Positions 24,776 to 40,343 are shown, counted from the first letter of the stretch. The stretch is DNA of 64,000 bases from Escherichia coli (GCF_009931435.1 NZ_CP043414.1); one strand, 5' to 3'. The notes: a model not told the origin generated them from the letters alone. A program made the numbers and translations.

Positions 24776-24796
24776 GCCGTGACAGCTTTATGACAG
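24776..24796 (-). promoter_or_regulatory. Pho box of phoA promoter
   Basis: Reverse complement CTGTCATAAAGCTGTCACGGC, tandem CTGTCA(T/C) repeats about 60-80 bp upstream of the phoA start. Confidence 0.8.
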
Positions 24797-24816
24797 CTGT
24801 TGAAAAGATTACCTTT

Positions 24817-25077
24817 TTACTGACGAGGATGCTTCAATAACTTCTTTACATAATCGCGCAGCAGCTCCGTATCGTCGTCAGGAATGCTGGCATCGGGCTT
24901 TACCTCGTAAAGTGCCCCCTCAACCTGATCAATCAACCGCTGTTGGTCATTTTGCGCCATATTACGAAGCATTGCAGTGACGATAATCTCCAGTGCTTCT
25001 ACCTGCGCGCACAGTTCTTTCGACTCTTCTTCTTTTTGGGCAAGCTTAAATAACAACTCAGCAATGAGATTTTTCAT
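24817..25077 (-). CDS. iraP: Anti-adaptor protein IraP (YaiB)
   Basis: 86 aa, [37 protein letters not shown]...; upstream of phoA. Confidence 0.85.
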
Positions 25078-25539
25078 GTCTGTATTTCCTTATCCAAAGT
25101 ATGGAGAAGTTAACATTATGCTTCACAACTTCATAGTGTCTGGAGGTAGTATTTTTATGACGAATGAAATACTTTGCGCAAATATTTTTTCCATATTTAT
25201 CAGCGAAACGTTTCTCTTATTTAAATAAGTAACCATACAAAGTATAGGTTTTTAATTATCAACCTTTATTATAAGTAAAAGTTATGAAATATATTCTCTT
25301 TGCTAACTTATAATTAAGAGAAAAAAACTCACTGCATGGCCATTTAAACCAGGAATAAATTAGCTTCCCGTTCATCATTTTTGTGATCTTGCGCACATCT
25401 TTGAGATAACGCACTTTCTTCACCAGTACGTTGCACACTTTGTCAGTAGAAGATTGCAACATTCTGTCAGAAGGCCGCGAATCCCCCGTTTTGTCGTGGT
25501 AATGTATGCACTTTGTGTTAGACGGGATAGGTTTTCAAG

Positions 25540-26634
25540 ATGGAAAAACTGCGGGTAGGAATCGTTTTTGGTGGTAAATCAGCGGAACATGAAGTGTCTT
25601 TGCAATCGGCAAAAAACATTGTCGATGCCATTGATAAAAGTCGCTTCGACGTTGTGCTGCTGGGCATTGATAAACAAGGGCAATGGCACGTCAGCGATGC
25701 CAACAATTATCTGCTAAATGCAGACGATCCTGCCCATATTGCGTTGCGCCCTTCGGCGACCAGTCTTGCGCAGGTGCCTGGTAAACATGAGCATCAGCTT
25801 ATCGACGCACAAAACGGTCAGCCATTGCCGACGGTGGATGTCATTTTCCCGATTGTTCACGGTACGCTAGGCGAAGATGGTTCCTTGCAGGGAATGCTGC
25901 GGGTCGCCAATTTACCGTTTGTGGGTTCTGATGTTTTGGCGTCAGCGGCCTGTATGGATAAAGATGTCACCAAACGTCTGCTACGCGATGCCGGGCTGAA
26001 CATTGCGCCATTTATTACCCTGACACGCACCAATCGTCAAAACATCAGTTTTGCCGAAGTGAAGTCAAAACTGGGGTTACCGCTGTTTGTAAAACCCGCT
26101 AACCAAGGCTCTTCTGTTGGTGTCAGCAAAGTAACCAGTGAAGAAGAGTACGCAATTGCCGTCGATCTGGCGTTCGAGTTCGATCATAAAGTGATCGTTG
26201 AGCAAGGGATCAAAGGTCGTGAGATCGAATGCGCGGTTCTGGGCAACGACAATCCGCAAGCCAGTACCTGTGGCGAGATCGTACTAACCAGCGATTTCTA
26301 TGCCTACGACACCAAGTACATTGACGAAGATGGCGCGAAAGTGGTGGTTCCGGCAGCCATTACGCCTGAAATTAACGATAAGATCCGGGCAATTGCCGTT
26401 CAGGCTTATCAAACGTTGGGTTGCGCAGGCATGGCGCGTGTAGACGTGTTTTTAACCCCAGAGAACGAAGTGGTAATCAACGAGATCAACACACTGCCAG
26501 GCTTCACCAACATCAGTATGTATCCGAAGCTGTGGCAAGCCAGCGGTTTGGGTTACACCGACCTGATCACACGTCTGATCGAGTTGGCGCTGGAGCGTCA
26601 CGCTGCGGATAACGCATTGAAAACCACAATGTAA
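25540..26634 (+). CDS. ddlA: D-alanine--D-alanine ligase A
   Basis: 364 aa, [31 protein letters not shown]...; ATP-grasp fold. Confidence 0.95.
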   Translation: MEKLRVGIVFGGKSAEHEVSLQSAKNIVDAIDKSRFDVVLLGIDKQGQWHVSDANNYLLNADDPAHIALRPSATSLAQVPGKHEHQLIDAQNGQPLPTVDVIFPIVHGTLGEDGSLQGMLRVANLPFVGSDVLASAACMDKDVTKRLLRDAGLNIAPFITLTRTNRQNISFAEVKSKLGLPLFVKPANQGSSVGVSKVTSEEEYAIAVDLAFEFDHKVIVEQGIKGREIECAVLGNDNPQASTCGEIVLTSDFYAYDTKYIDEDGAKVVVPAAITPEINDKIRAIAVQAYQTLGCAGMARVDVFLTPENEVVINEINTLPGFTNISMYPKLWQASGLGYTDLITRLIELALERHAADNALKTTM

Positions 26635-26641
26635 TTTTTAA

Positions 26642-26666
26642 ATGCCCAATAACTGTTATTGGGCAT
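26642..26666 (+). terminator. Palindromic hairpin 3' of ddlA (probable terminator)
   Basis: ATGCCCAATAACTGTTATTGGGCAT perfect hairpin 8 bp after the ddlA stop; the following T-tract is short, so terminator strength is uncertain. Confidence 0.45.
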
Positions 26667-26679
26667 TTAAGACTGTAAG

Positions 26680-26790
26680 ATTGCCTGATGCGCTTTGCTT
26701 ATCAGGCCTACAAGATAATTGCAATATACTGATTTTGTAGGCAGGATAAGGCGTTCGCGCCGCATCCGGCAAAAACAACGAGCACTTTGT
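26680..26790. repeat. REP/BIME palindromic elements
   Basis: GCCTGATGCGCTTTGCTTATCAGGCCTAC ... GTAGGCAGGATAAGGCGTTCGCGCCGCATCCGGC between ddlA and yaiZ. Confidence 0.75.
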
Positions 26791-26816
26791 CAGCCCCCAG
26801 AACGCCCAATCCTCTG

Positions 26817-27029
26817 TTATTGGGCGTTTTCAGTTTCTTCATCGCGACGACGAATAATCAGCCCCGCGAGCCAGAAACTAATCACCCACGTCACCAGACC
26901 AACGGCATAGGTCTGCCAACCTTTTGCTTCAAATCCCAGTAACCCCACCACGCCATTAAGAATGAATATCAGGCCAATGGCGAACGCATAGTAGTGCCAG
27001 TCACGGCGAATTTTTACAGGCAGACTCAT
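26817..27029 (-). CDS. yaiZ: Small inner-membrane protein YaiZ
   Basis: ATG at 27029 gives MSLPVKIRRDWHYYAFAIGLIFILNGVVGLLGF... (70 aa, two predicted TM helices); the track ORF extends to 27056. Confidence 0.7.
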   Translation of the reverse strand: MSLPVKIRRDWHYYAFAIGLIFILNGVVGLLGFEAKGWQTYAVGLVTWVISFWLAGLIIRRRDEETENAQ

Positions 27030-27288
27030 GGCAGCTCCGTTAACGAAAAATAACATCTTCGCATAATCGATAACTTACGTCTGTGGGGTAGACAGCATTT
27101 CCCGTATCGTTAAAAAATTTAACTTAAAGTTACCTTTTTGTGACTCGTGACAAATATTCCCGCTTCGGGAATATTCCCAACATCAATTTACCATGATTCT
27201 GATATTGACAATCTTAATGACCTGTCAGACTTGCCATAAGCCGCTGGTATGACACCAGAAGAGAAGCAGATGACTTCCGGAGGTTTTT

Positions 27289-27597
27289 ATGGCTGATTTC
27301 ACCCTGTCAAAATCGCTGTTTAGCGGAAAATATCGCAATGCCTCTTCTACGCCTGGCAACATTGCCTATGCGTTGTTTGTGCTGTTTTGCTTTTGGGCTG
27401 GGGCGCAATTGCTGAACCTGTTAGTGCATGCGCCCGGCGTCTATGAGCGTTTAATGCAGGCTCAGGAAACAGGCCGCCCACGGGTGGAAATTGGTTTAGG
27501 TGTCGGTACCATTTTCGGGCTGATCCCATTTTTAATTGGCTGCTTCATTTTTGCATTAGTGGCGCTATGGCTGCACTGGCGACATCGCCGCCAGTAA
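27289..27597 (+). CDS. yaiY: Inner-membrane protein YaiY
   Basis: 102 aa, [42 protein letters not shown]...; divergent from yaiZ. Confidence 0.75.
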   Translation: MADFTLSKSLFSGKYRNASSTPGNIAYALFVLFCFWAGAQLLNLLVHAPGVYERLMQAQETGRPRVEIGLGVGTIFGLIPFLIGCFIFALVALWLHWRHRRQ

Positions 27598-27654
27598 GAG
27601 TAGGTTGTCAGATGCGGCCTAAAATGCCTTATCTGGCCTGGCGTTCCCTTTTGC

Positions 27655-28749
27655 TTACTGTTTCATACAACGCGCCCGCCGTTCGTCTACGCGCTTCGCA
27701 AACCAGGCCGTAGTCAGATTGCGGGTAATTTTCGGGCTTTCCAGTTGGATGCCGGGCAACATTTCGCGGGGTAGTGATCTACCCGTTTTCGCTTCGGCAA
27801 GTTGATAAACTTTCTTGTACAGCGCCGTCTCCTCAAAAGAGAAGCTGTCCCCTTTCTCTAACTGACGGCGAATTTCGCTGTCGCTCATCCCCAGTTTGCC
27901 TGCCAGTTTGCGCGTTGCCAGCTCTGTTTTCCCAGGTTCTTTACTGTCGTAACGAATTAAATCACCGTCCAGCGCCAGCTTCATGCCAGTGGCCTTACTG
28001 ACCGCGTTCTGAAAAGCGGCATTACGGCTGGCGTACCAGCCAGCGTTAAAATCGGCAAAACGGTATATCGGCGCGCTATAACTGGCGGGATAATTCAGTA
28101 AATGGTAAGTACCGAACCACAATCCGCCGCGGCGACTGAAGACTTCCTGACGGACTGTACCGTCCATTTTCCACGGATACCCTTTGGTATGCTGTTCGGC
28201 AAACGCAATGCTGACCTGCATCGGTCCACCGGTACGTACCGGATTAAGCGAACCAAACAGCGTCTGCCCCATTGGCACCATGCTGATCAAATCGTCAAAA
28301 ATCGCGCTTAATTGCTTTTCTGTACGCACAGAATCTAACCGCTCACTATAACTTTTGCCGTTTGGCGATTTGATTTTTAGCGCGGTATGAACCAGAAAAG
28401 CTGGGATGTACATCCGTTCGGCACGACGGTCAATCTCTTGCCAGGCGATCTTGCTTAAGCCTGGAACGGCCGGATCTGCCTGATAATTTGACTCCTGCTG
28501 CGCCACCGCCAGCACCGAGCAGACGTTTTCCAGCGTCGGTGCCAGCCCCTGACTTTCAAACGTGGTGGCAAGATCTTTCGCCCAGGCATCGCGGTCTTTC
28601 ACACTCGCGGGCATCTTCTGCCGCACGACGCTCGCCACATCTATCGCTTTTTCGCCCTTTTTCAACGGTTGCGGAGCCTGACTACTACACCCTGCTAAAA
28701 CCAGAACCGCCAATAACGAAAGCGAAGATAGATGATTGACGCGCGACAT
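27655..28749 (-). CDS. yaiW: Surface-exposed lipoprotein YaiW
   Basis: 364 aa, MSRVNHLSSLSLLAVLVLAGCSSQAPQ (lipobox LAGC); co-oriented immediately downstream of sbmA. Confidence 0.85.
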   Translation of the reverse strand: MSRVNHLSSLSLLAVLVLAGCSSQAPQPLKKGEKAIDVASVVRQKMPASVKDRDAWAKDLATTFESQGLAPTLENVCSVLAVAQQESNYQADPAVPGLSKIAWQEIDRRAERMYIPAFLVHTALKIKSPNGKSYSERLDSVRTEKQLSAIFDDLISMVPMGQTLFGSLNPVRTGGPMQVSIAFAEQHTKGYPWKMDGTVRQEVFSRRGGLWFGTYHLLNYPASYSAPIYRFADFNAGWYASRNAAFQNAVSKATGMKLALDGDLIRYDSKEPGKTELATRKLAGKLGMSDSEIRRQLEKGDSFSFEETALYKKVYQLAEAKTGRSLPREMLPGIQLESPKITRNLTTAWFAKRVDERRARCMKQ

Positions 28750-28761
28750 TACTTCTCCTTT

Positions 28762-29982
28762 TTAACTCAAGGTATGGGTTACTTCCTGAATTTTGTCACC
28801 ATCCAGCTCATGTTCAAAGCTGCGCAGACGTTTGTAGATAGACATCAACTCAACCAGCGTGGTCCATGAGTTAATCAGGTACTGAAAAGCACCGCGAACC
28901 TGACCAAAAACGTTGGTAATCTGCGTCATCAGGCCGAGCGTAATCGTACCGGCAACAATCGACGGAAACAGCAAGAACAAACCGAAAACGTTATCGACCT
29001 GCAAATAGAGAATGCGGGCGATGTTGAAATACATATAGTGAAAATAGAGGCGGAAATAGTTTTTCCGCACGGCGCTAAACAGCTCGCGTACCGTAGGCGG
29101 CGTCGCGCGCGATGCATCGTCTTCACCATAAACCAACTCTTTACGGTAGGCAGCCTCTACACGCTGATTTTTAAACTCCAGTCCCGGCAGTTTGATCCCT
29201 ACCACTGCCAGCAATCCGGTCCCCATCAACGACCATACGATAGCAGCAATCACCAGACCATACGGAATATGCCCGACAATCGGCAGCTCCGGCACATGCG
29301 CAGAGAGCGTTACCAGTACCGGCAGGAAGGCGATCAACGTCATGATAGCGTTGATAAAACTGACGCCCATATTCTCAAGCGTTGAAGCAAAACGCATGGT
29401 GTCTTCCTGCACACGCTGGGCGGCACCTTCGATATGACGCAGTTGTTGCCAGTTCGCCATGTAATATTCGTTCATCGCCGTACGCCAGCGGAACACGTAG
29501 TGACTGACAAAGAAGTTGTTCAGCACACTGATCACCACCGCGATCAGCGCAATCCCCAGAAAGACGCCCACTTCGCGGTAAAATTGTTCGATAGTGACTT
29601 TATGCGGCGAACTTAGCGCAGTTTGAATCAGATCATAAAACGGCGCATACCAGGCGTTGACGGCAACTCCAACTTCTACCAAAAACCAGGTGACGAAGAT
29701 AATCAACGCAGTACCGAGTATTGACCAGTATTGCCAACGATGCGGGCTATAAATAAACCAGAACAGTGCAAAAAGCCCTACGCAAACAATGTAGTAAGCG
29801 TAAAAAATCAGGAAATCTAACGACCAGAAACGCGCGGCGCTAATTGGGATCTGCCCGGAAGCTCCGGTGATGCGCGCCACCCAGTCCCCCCCACCGGCTT
29901 GCCAGAAGATAACGGCAATCAATGCCCAAACAAAGGCCGAGAGAAAAAACGTTCCCGGCTTTGGGAAAAAAGACTTAAACAT
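28762..29982 (-). CDS. sbmA: Peptide antibiotic/microcin transporter SbmA
   Basis: ATG at 29982 gives [34 protein letters not shown]... (406 aa, polytopic membrane protein). Confidence 0.9.
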   Translation of the reverse strand: MFKSFFPKPGTFFLSAFVWALIAVIFWQAGGGDWVARITGASGQIPISAARFWSLDFLIFYAYYIVCVGLFALFWFIYSPHRWQYWSILGTALIIFVTWFLVEVGVAVNAWYAPFYDLIQTALSSPHKVTIEQFYREVGVFLGIALIAVVISVLNNFFVSHYVFRWRTAMNEYYMANWQQLRHIEGAAQRVQEDTMRFASTLENMGVSFINAIMTLIAFLPVLVTLSAHVPELPIVGHIPYGLVIAAIVWSLMGTGLLAVVGIKLPGLEFKNQRVEAAYRKELVYGEDDASRATPPTVRELFSAVRKNYFRLYFHYMYFNIARILYLQVDNVFGLFLLFPSIVAGTITLGLMTQITNVFGQVRGAFQYLINSWTTLVELMSIYKRLRSFEHELDGDKIQEVTHTLS

Positions 29983-30333
29983 ATGCACTCCTGCTAACTT
30001 CTTATCGTTTTAACAACTGCTGTGTATTAACCGCATGACCGCTACAAAGAATCAGCCAAATGAAACCGCCCATTGTGACCCATAGCAAGGCGCATAGTTC
30101 GCCAGCCTGACCATAAGAATTGTTTCGACGGATTTCACAAACCAAAGATTGTTTACATTAGCGGATTAACACGCGCAGGATCACAAATGCAGGCATTGGT
30201 GAGCAGGAAAAAGATCGTGTTTTCGCGCCGTTACGTTTTTAACACTATTATTGCACTAATTCGCCCTTTGCAATCCATCAATGAGTAGTATAAATACGCT
30301 CAGTTACCTTCATTCAATCTATGGACACCACCG

Positions 30334-31491
30334 TTGAAACGTAGTCTGCTTTTTTCTGCCGTGCTTTGTGCGGCGTTATTGACCCCCGTCCATGCGGCGC
30401 AGCCGATCACTGAACCGGAGTTCGCCTCTGATATTGTCGATCGTTATGCCGATCATATTTTTTATGGCAGTGGTGCCACGGGGATGGCGCTGGTTGTTAT
30501 CGACGGTAACCAGCGCGTCTTTCGCAGTTATGGCGAAACGCGCCCGGGTAATAACGTTCGCCCGCAGCTGGATTCGGTCGTGCGTATTGCTTCGCTCACC
30601 AAGCTAATGACCAGTGAGTTGCTGGTGAAATTGCTCGACCAGGGGACCGTGAAGTTAAACGATCCGCTAAGTAAATATGCTCCACCAGGCGCACGTGTGC
30701 CGACTTACAATGGCACGCCTATTACCCTGGTGAATCTGGCAACCCATACCAGTGCCCTGCCCCGTGAACAGCCGGGAGGTGCGGCACATCGTCCAGTGTT
30801 TGTCTGGCCAACGCGCGAGCAACGCTGGAAATACCTTTCTACGGCGAAGCTGAAAGCCGCGCCAGGCAGTCAGGCGGCATACTCTAACCTTGCGTTCGAC
30901 CTGCTGGCAGATGCACTGGCGAATGCTTCTGGCAAGCCTTATACCCAGTTGTTTGAAGAGCAGATTACCCGTCCGTTGGGGATGAAAGACACGACCTATA
31001 CTCCATCGCCGGATCAGTGCCGACGTTTAATGGTTGCTGAGCGCGGTGCCAGTCCATGCAATAACACGCTGGCGGCAATTGGCAGTGGCGGCGTCTATTC
31101 CACGCCTGGCGATATGATGCGCTGGATGCAGCAGTATTTGTCATCTGATTTTTATCAGCGCAGTAATCAGGCGGATCGTATGCAGACGTTGATTTATCAG
31201 CGCGCGCAGTTTACGAAAGTGATTGGCATGGATGTCCCCGGCAAAGCGGATGCACTTGGTTTAGGCTGGGTATATATGGCCCCGAAAGAGGGTCGTCCGG
31301 GGATTATTCAGAAGACAGGTGGTGGTGGCGGTTTCATTACCTATATGGCGATGATCCCGCAGAAGAATATTGGCGCATTTGTGGTGGTCACTCGTTCGCC
31401 ATTGACGCGCTTTAAAAATATGAGCGATGGCATCAATGACCTGGTGACAGAACTGAGCGGGAATAAACCGTTGGTCATCCCCGCGTCCTGA
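30334..31491 (+). CDS. ampH: Penicillin-binding protein AmpH (class C beta-lactamase fold)
   Basis: 385 aa with signal peptide MKRSLLFSAVLCAALLTPVHA; SxxK motif in RIASLTKLMT. Confidence 0.9.
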   Translation: MKRSLLFSAVLCAALLTPVHAAQPITEPEFASDIVDRYADHIFYGSGATGMALVVIDGNQRVFRSYGETRPGNNVRPQLDSVVRIASLTKLMTSELLVKLLDQGTVKLNDPLSKYAPPGARVPTYNGTPITLVNLATHTSALPREQPGGAAHRPVFVWPTREQRWKYLSTAKLKAAPGSQAAYSNLAFDLLADALANASGKPYTQLFEEQITRPLGMKDTTYTPSPDQCRRLMVAERGASPCNNTLAAIGSGGVYSTPGDMMRWMQQYLSSDFYQRSNQADRMQTLIYQRAQFTKVIGMDVPGKADALGLGWVYMAPKEGRPGIIQKTGGGGGFITYMAMIPQKNIGAFVVVTRSPLTRFKNMSDGINDLVTELSGNKPLVIPAS

Positions 31492-32178
<687 letters not shown>

Positions 32179-32179
32179 T

Positions 32180-35110
<2,931 letters not shown>

Positions 35111-35635
35111 TTGTCATCCCTCCTCAGGGACGTAATAAGTTGATCCATCAATTATCAATGCATAGAAAACATATTATGTTTCGCGTTTACGATTATGCGG
35201 CGTTATAGAGGAATGGTTCAATTATTCTTTCCCCTAAGTCCGATTGCGGACATATATAAAGCACGTGAACACACATAAAGAAATAAATAACAAAAATACA
35301 TTATTTCAATAGGTTAATGAAAGCGCCAATTTTAAAACATAGACCATAAAAATATAAAACAACCAAACCAGACAAATAATGTATCAATAAGCAATGAACT
35401 TTACGCCATTCACTTTTTGAAAACGTCACCAAATCCCCAAAAACAATAATCTATAGCTATAAATAAAAATTAAAAATATTTTCAATGAATATAAATTTAT
35501 TGCTATTTCTATTACAAAGATGTCCTGACCTCTCATTCATTCTCTTCTTGTCAACATCGCGACAACTTTCGTAAAACATCCCCACCCTGCTTCAGGTATA
35601 CTATGCCCCTCGATTCCACAAACATCAGGCAGACC

Positions 35636-36610
35636 ATGACAGACCTAATCCAACGCCCTCGTCGCCTGCGCAAATCTCCTGCGCTGCGCGCTATGTTTGA
35701 AGAGACAACACTTAGCCTTAACGACCTGGTGTTGCCGATCTTTGTTGAAGAAGAAATTGACGACTACAAAGCCGTTGAAGCCATGCCAGGCGTGATGCGC
35801 ATTCCAGAGAAACATCTGGCACGCGAAATTGAACGCATCGCCAACGCCGGTATTCGTTCCGTGATGACTTTCGGCATCTCTCACCATACCGATGAAACCG
35901 GCAGCGATGCCTGGCGGGAAGATGGACTGGTGGCGCGTATGTCGCGCATCTGCAAGCAGACCGTGCCAGAAATGATCGTCATGTCAGACACTTGTTTCTG
36001 TGAATACACATCTCACGGTCACTGCGGTGTGCTGTGCGAGCATGGCGTCGACAACGACGCGACTCTGGAAAATTTAGGCAAGCAAGCCGTGGTTGCAGCT
36101 GCTGCAGGCGCAGACTTCATCGCCCCTTCCGCCGCGATGGATGGCCAGGTACAAGCAATTCGCCAGGCGCTGGACGCTGCGGGCTTTAAAGATACGGCGA
36201 TTATGTCGTATTCGACCAAGTTCGCCTCCTCCTTTTATGGCCCGTTCCGTGAAGCGGCCGGAAGCGCATTAAAAGGCGACCGCAAAAGTTATCAGATGAA
36301 CCCAATGAACCGTCGCGAGGCGATTCGTGAGTCACTGCTGGATGAAGCCCAGGGCGCAGACTGCCTGATGGTTAAACCAGCCGGAGCTTACCTCGACATC
36401 GTGCGTGAGCTGCGTGAGCGTACTGAATTGCCGATTGGTGCGTATCAGGTGAGCGGTGAGTACGCGATGATTAAGTTCGCCGCGCTGGCGGGTGCTATAG
36501 ATGAAGAGAAAGTCGTGCTCGAAAGCTTAGGTTCGATTAAGCGTGCGGGTGCGGATCTGATTTTCAGCTACTTTGCGCTGGATTTGGCTGAGAAGAAGAT
36601 TCTGCGTTAA
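35636..36610 (+). CDS. hemB: Porphobilinogen synthase (delta-aminolevulinate dehydratase) HemB
   Basis: ATG at 35636 gives [28 protein letters not shown]... (324 aa); the track ORF starts 11 codons earlier at 35603. Confidence 0.95.
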
Positions 36611-36620
36611 TGATCATTAT

Positions 36621-36647
36621 GCCGGGTTATCCAACCCGGCATTTCCC
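36621..36647 (+). terminator. Hairpin between convergent hemB and tauD (probable bidirectional terminator)
   Basis: GCCGGGTTATCCAACCCGGC stem-loop followed by ATTTCCCCC; sits in the 39-bp gap between the two stops. Confidence 0.5.
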
Positions 36648-36649
36648 CC

Positions 36650-37501
36650 TTACCCCGCCCGATAAAACGGAATATCCCCAAGAATCGTCGCCCGATGCAT
36701 AATCCGCCGCTGTGGCAGGTAATCCGCATTGGCATAGTGCTGAGTCACGCGGTTATCCCAAATCGCAATATCATTCGGTTGCCAGCGCCAGCGCACCTGA
36801 AACTCCGGTTTAGTGATATGGGCAAACAAAAAACCTAACAAGGCTTCGCTCTCTTTATCGCTGACATCAACAATTCGTGTGGTAAAACCTTCGTTCACAA
36901 ACAGCGCCTGTTTACCGGTCACCGGATGCGTTCGCACAACCGGATGGAGCAACGGTGGATTTTTCGCGACCGCCTCGCGCCAGCGTTGATGCTCATCCTC
37001 GGTTTTGCGGTACTTGTATTCCGGGAACGATTTACGGAAATCATGCTCCGCACGTAGCCCGCTCAATAGTTGACGGAAGGGAGCTGAGAGCGCCTCATAG
37101 GCCGCAATACCGCTGCTCCAGAGCGTATCGCCGCCAGTCGAGGGTAACTCTTTCGCCGCCAGAATCGCCCCTGCGGGTGGCGTTTCAATAAATGTCACAT
37201 CGGTGTGCCAGTTATCGTTATCCGGCGGATTATCGTTATGAGTATCCAGTACGATGATCTCCTCAACCCCTTCGGCATGAGGGTAAACAGGATGAATATG
37301 CAGTTCGCCAAAACGCTGGGCCAGCGCGCGTTGCTGCTGCGGTGTAATGGCTTGATCGCGCAGAAACACCACCTGATGGCGCAGTACCGCATGGTAAAGC
37401 TGTTCAAACTGATTATCGCTTAACGGACGCGTCAGGTCGGCACCTGAAATTTGTGCACCGATATACGGCCCCAGCGGGGTAATGCTCAGACGTTCACTCA
37501 T
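36650..37501 (-). CDS. tauD: Taurine dioxygenase TauD (alpha-ketoglutarate dependent)
   Basis: 283 aa, [27 protein letters not shown]...; HxD...H iron ligands. Confidence 0.95.
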   Translation of the reverse strand: MSERLSITPLGPYIGAQISGADLTRPLSDNQFEQLYHAVLRHQVVFLRDQAITPQQQRALAQRFGELHIHPVYPHAEGVEEIIVLDTHNDNPPDNDNWHTDVTFIETPPAGAILAAKELPSTGGDTLWSSGIAAYEALSAPFRQLLSGLRAEHDFRKSFPEYKYRKTEDEHQRWREAVAKNPPLLHPVVRTHPVTGKQALFVNEGFTTRIVDVSDKESEALLGFLFAHITKPEFQVRWRWQPNDIAIWDNRVTQHYANADYLPQRRIMHRATILGDIPFYRAG

Positions 37502-38325
37502 TGTACTTCTCCATGCCAGGGCGTCAGGCGGCGCTGTAACGCGCGCAGACCCAGTTCTAAAAGAAAGGCGATAATCGCAATCACCGCGATCCCCGCCAGC
37601 ACCACGTCAGTCGCGAGAAATTCACCCGCTGACTGAACCATAAATCCTAAACCGCGCGTTGCGGCAATCAGCTCCGCCGCCACCAGCGTTGACCAGCCCA
37701 CACCCAGACCAATGCGTAATCCGGTGAGGATTTCCGGCAGCGCGCCGGGCAAAATAACAAACCACAGCACCTGCGCACGGCTGGCCCCCAGCGACTGAGC
37801 GGCACGAATGCGAACCTGCTGCGCGCTTTTCACCCCCGCCAGCGCCGACATCGCCACCGGTGCAAAAATCGCTAAATAGATCAGTAAGATCTTCGAGGTT
37901 TCGCCAATACCAAACCAGATCACCATCAGCGGCAAATAAGCCAGCGGCGGCACCGGACGATAAAGCTCGATTATCGGATCCAGAATGCCGCGCACCGTCG
38001 GGCTTAGTCCCATGGCGATCCCAACCGGAATGCCGATCAACACCGCCGCAAGTAGCGCCAGCACAATGCGCGTCAGGCTGGCTGCCAGATGTTGCCACAG
38101 GGTGGCGTCCATAAATCCTTGAGGTCCGGCAATAGTGAGCAGTTTTGCCATTACCTGTTGCGGCGGCGGCAGAAACAGCGGGCTAATCAGTTGCAGCGCC
38201 GCCACCGCCCACCATACCGTGAGTAAAACCGCTAACGTGCCAATGCTTAAGGTCACCTGACGCGAGAGCGGCCAGCGCCATTTCAGCCGATGCGAATGCA
38301 GTTTTTCATTAATGAGCACACTCAT
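37498..38325 (-). CDS. tauC: Taurine ABC transporter permease TauC
   Basis: 275 aa membrane protein; 4-bp overlaps with tauD and tauB. Confidence 0.93.
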   Translation of the reverse strand: MSVLINEKLHSHRLKWRWPLSRQVTLSIGTLAVLLTVWWAVAALQLISPLFLPPPQQVMAKLLTIAGPQGFMDATLWQHLAASLTRIVLALLAAVLIGIPVGIAMGLSPTVRGILDPIIELYRPVPPLAYLPLMVIWFGIGETSKILLIYLAIFAPVAMSALAGVKSAQQVRIRAAQSLGASRAQVLWFVILPGALPEILTGLRIGLGVGWSTLVAAELIAATRGLGFMVQSAGEFLATDVVLAGIAVIAIIAFLLELGLRALQRRLTPWHGEVQ

Positions 38326-39089
38326 GAGAACGCCTCCCGTTGCTCAAATACGCGGCTTAAAACATATTCGCGCATGGCGATGAATTGTGGATCGGACTTG
38401 ATGCTGCGGCTCGGTTCCCCGGCAACAAAGCGGCGGGCGAAGTTGAGCGGCAGGCGTTCCAGCACGCGGCCTGGGCCGGGTGAAAGCAGAACCAGTTCAG
38501 TCGCCATAAACACCGCTTCTTCTATATCGTGGGTAATCAACAGCACCTGCTTGCCCGTCTCCTGCCAGAGTTTCAGCAGCAGGGTTTGCATCTGGTCGCG
38601 GGTGAAGGCGTCCAGCGCGCCAAACGGTTCGTCGAGTAATAACAGCTGGGGATTTGCCGCCAGCGCGCGGGCAATCCCTACCCGCTGACGTTGACCGCCG
38701 GAAAGCTGCCAGATATAGCGTTTTTCTGCGCCTTCCAGCCCCACTTTTTTCAGCATCTGGTGCGCGATTTCCAGGCGCTGTACTTTCTCTACACCTGCCA
38801 GTTGCAGGCCGAATGCCACGTTGTCTACCACATTACGCCACGGCAACAGCCCTTCATTCTGAAAAACCACGCCCCGCTCTGCGCCCGGTCCCTCAATGCA
38901 CTTACCCGCCAGTTGAATGCTGCCATGCTGATAAGGCACAAAACCGGCAATCAGATTCAGCAAGGTGGTTTTGCCGCAGCCAGACGGTCCCAGAACCACC
39001 AGAAGCTCGCCGCTTTCCAGCGTCAGGTTGATATCTTCCAACGCCGGTTTGCCGCCATAATCGGCGTAAAGATGAGAGATTTGCAGCAT
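38322..39089 (-). CDS. tauB: Taurine ABC transporter ATP-binding protein TauB
   Basis: 255 aa; Walker [10 protein letters not shown], signature [15 protein letters not shown], Walker B LLLLDEP. Confidence 0.95.
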   Translation of the reverse strand: MLQISHLYADYGGKPALEDINLTLESGELLVVLGPSGCGKTTLLNLIAGFVPYQHGSIQLAGKCIEGPGAERGVVFQNEGLLPWRNVVDNVAFGLQLAGVEKVQRLEIAHQMLKKVGLEGAEKRYIWQLSGGQRQRVGIARALAANPQLLLLDEPFGALDAFTRDQMQTLLLKLWQETGKQVLLITHDIEEAVFMATELVLLSPGPGRVLERLPLNFARRFVAGEPSRSIKSDPQFIAMREYVLSRVFEQREAFS

Positions 39090-39101
39090 CTGCGCCTCCT
39101 T

Positions 39102-40064
39102 TTATTGCACGAAGCGCGAGGTCACGTACTGGCTGTAATCATTCGCCACGGCAGGGACTTTGCCCTGATCTTTCAAAAACTGCGCGGTATCAATGATCGC
39201 TTTATTCACCGGTCCGGTCAGTTCTGCCGTTTGTTGCTGCGGCGTCAGATAGGTATTCCCCTTCACCAGCCCCGGAACGTCACCTTCCGGCACGGCGCTT
39301 AAACGCGCCAGCTTGCTGATGTTTTCCGGCTGTTTCAGCCACGCGTCTGGGTTAGCAATGTACGGTTGCTGAGCATCGATGGCGCTTTTAGCGAACGCTT
39401 TCACGACTTCAGGATGTTTCTCGGCAAAATCTTTGCGCACGACCCAGACGTCCAGTGTCGGCGCGCCCCACTGCCCGACCTGTTCAGAATCGGTCAGCAC
39501 CTTGCCATCTTTTTCCAGGGCGTTAACCGCCGGTGCCCAGACATAAGCACCATCAATATCTCCCCGCTGCCATGCGGCGATAATCGCGGGCGGCTGCAGG
39601 TTCACAATCTCAACTTGCCCAGGTTTAATACCCCAGTGTTTCAGCGCCGCCAGCAGGCTGTAGTGGGTGGTGGAGATAAACGGTACGGCGATGCGTTTAC
39701 CAATGAGATCTTCGGGTTTGCTGATGGTTTTCTTCACCACCAGCGCTTCGGAGTTACCCAGTTTTGACGCCAGCAAGAAGACTTCAATCGGCACCTGTTG
39801 GCTGGCTGCAACCGCTAATGGGCTGGAACCGAGGTTGCCGATTTGCACGTCGCCAGAAGCCAGTGCTCGCACGATGCTGGCTCCGCTGTCAAACTTGCGC
39901 CAGTCCACCGTCGCCCCGCTCTCTTTAGCAAAGGTGTTATCAGCCTGAGCCACTTTCGCCGGTTCAGCGGAGGTTTGATAGGCCACGGTGACGTTCACCG
40001 CCTGTGCCTGAAAAGCGATGAATGCCAGTGCGGCAAGAAGTGTGTTACGCGATGAAATTGCCAT
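39102..40064 (-). CDS. tauA: Taurine ABC transporter periplasmic binding protein TauA
   Basis: 320 aa with signal peptide MAISSRNTLLAALAFIAFQAQA. Confidence 0.93.
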   Translation of the reverse strand: MAISSRNTLLAALAFIAFQAQAVNVTVAYQTSAEPAKVAQADNTFAKESGATVDWRKFDSGASIVRALASGDVQIGNLGSSPLAVAASQQVPIEVFLLASKLGNSEALVVKKTISKPEDLIGKRIAVPFISTTHYSLLAALKHWGIKPGQVEIVNLQPPAIIAAWQRGDIDGAYVWAPAVNALEKDGKVLTDSEQVGQWGAPTLDVWVVRKDFAEKHPEVVKAFAKSAIDAQQPYIANPDAWLKQPENISKLARLSAVPEGDVPGLVKGNTYLTPQQQTAELTGPVNKAIIDTAQFLKDQGKVPAVANDYSQYVTSRFVQ

Positions 40065-40294
40065 GATTGTCTGCTCCCCTGTCTTGTTATGGGAGCAGTA
40101 TTTCGTTGCGGGTCAGTTTGATAAAGGAATTAAAACGTCTTGTTAAGAACAAAGCGTTTTTAGAAAAAAACTGGCAATGGTTAGCGAATATGCGCATTTT
40201 GCTATTTTTAACAAACATCGCCTGGTGCAGCGCTCACGCCTCTTATCATGCATACAAATACTGGGGCCGGATAAATTTTATGCTCCAATGCTAT

Positions 40295-40343
40295 ATACTA
40301 TAGGGGGGTATGCATTGACATATATCATACCCCCCTATAGTAT
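40295..40343. promoter_or_regulatory. frmRAB promoter with FrmR-type operator (G6/C6-tract inverted repeat)
   Basis: Perfect 17-bp inverted repeat ATACTATAGGGGGGTAT (40295-40311) / ATACCCCCCTATAGTAT (40327-40343) bracketing a TTGACA -35 hexamer (40315-40320), with TATAGT at 40336-40341; 27 bp upstream of frmR. G/C-tract plus AT-rich arms is the site architecture of the RcnR/FrmR (CsoR) family. Confidence 0.75.

Noticed and set aside
26799-26824. Hairpin CGCCCAATCCTCTGTTATTGGGCG as a terminator
   Set aside because: It overlaps the yaiZ stop codon and lacks a clear T-tract in the relevant direction; more likely part of the REP/palindrome cluster than a discrete terminator, so not called.
38691-39302. 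203-aa + strand ORF
   Set aside because: Antisense to tauB/tauA; no independent support.
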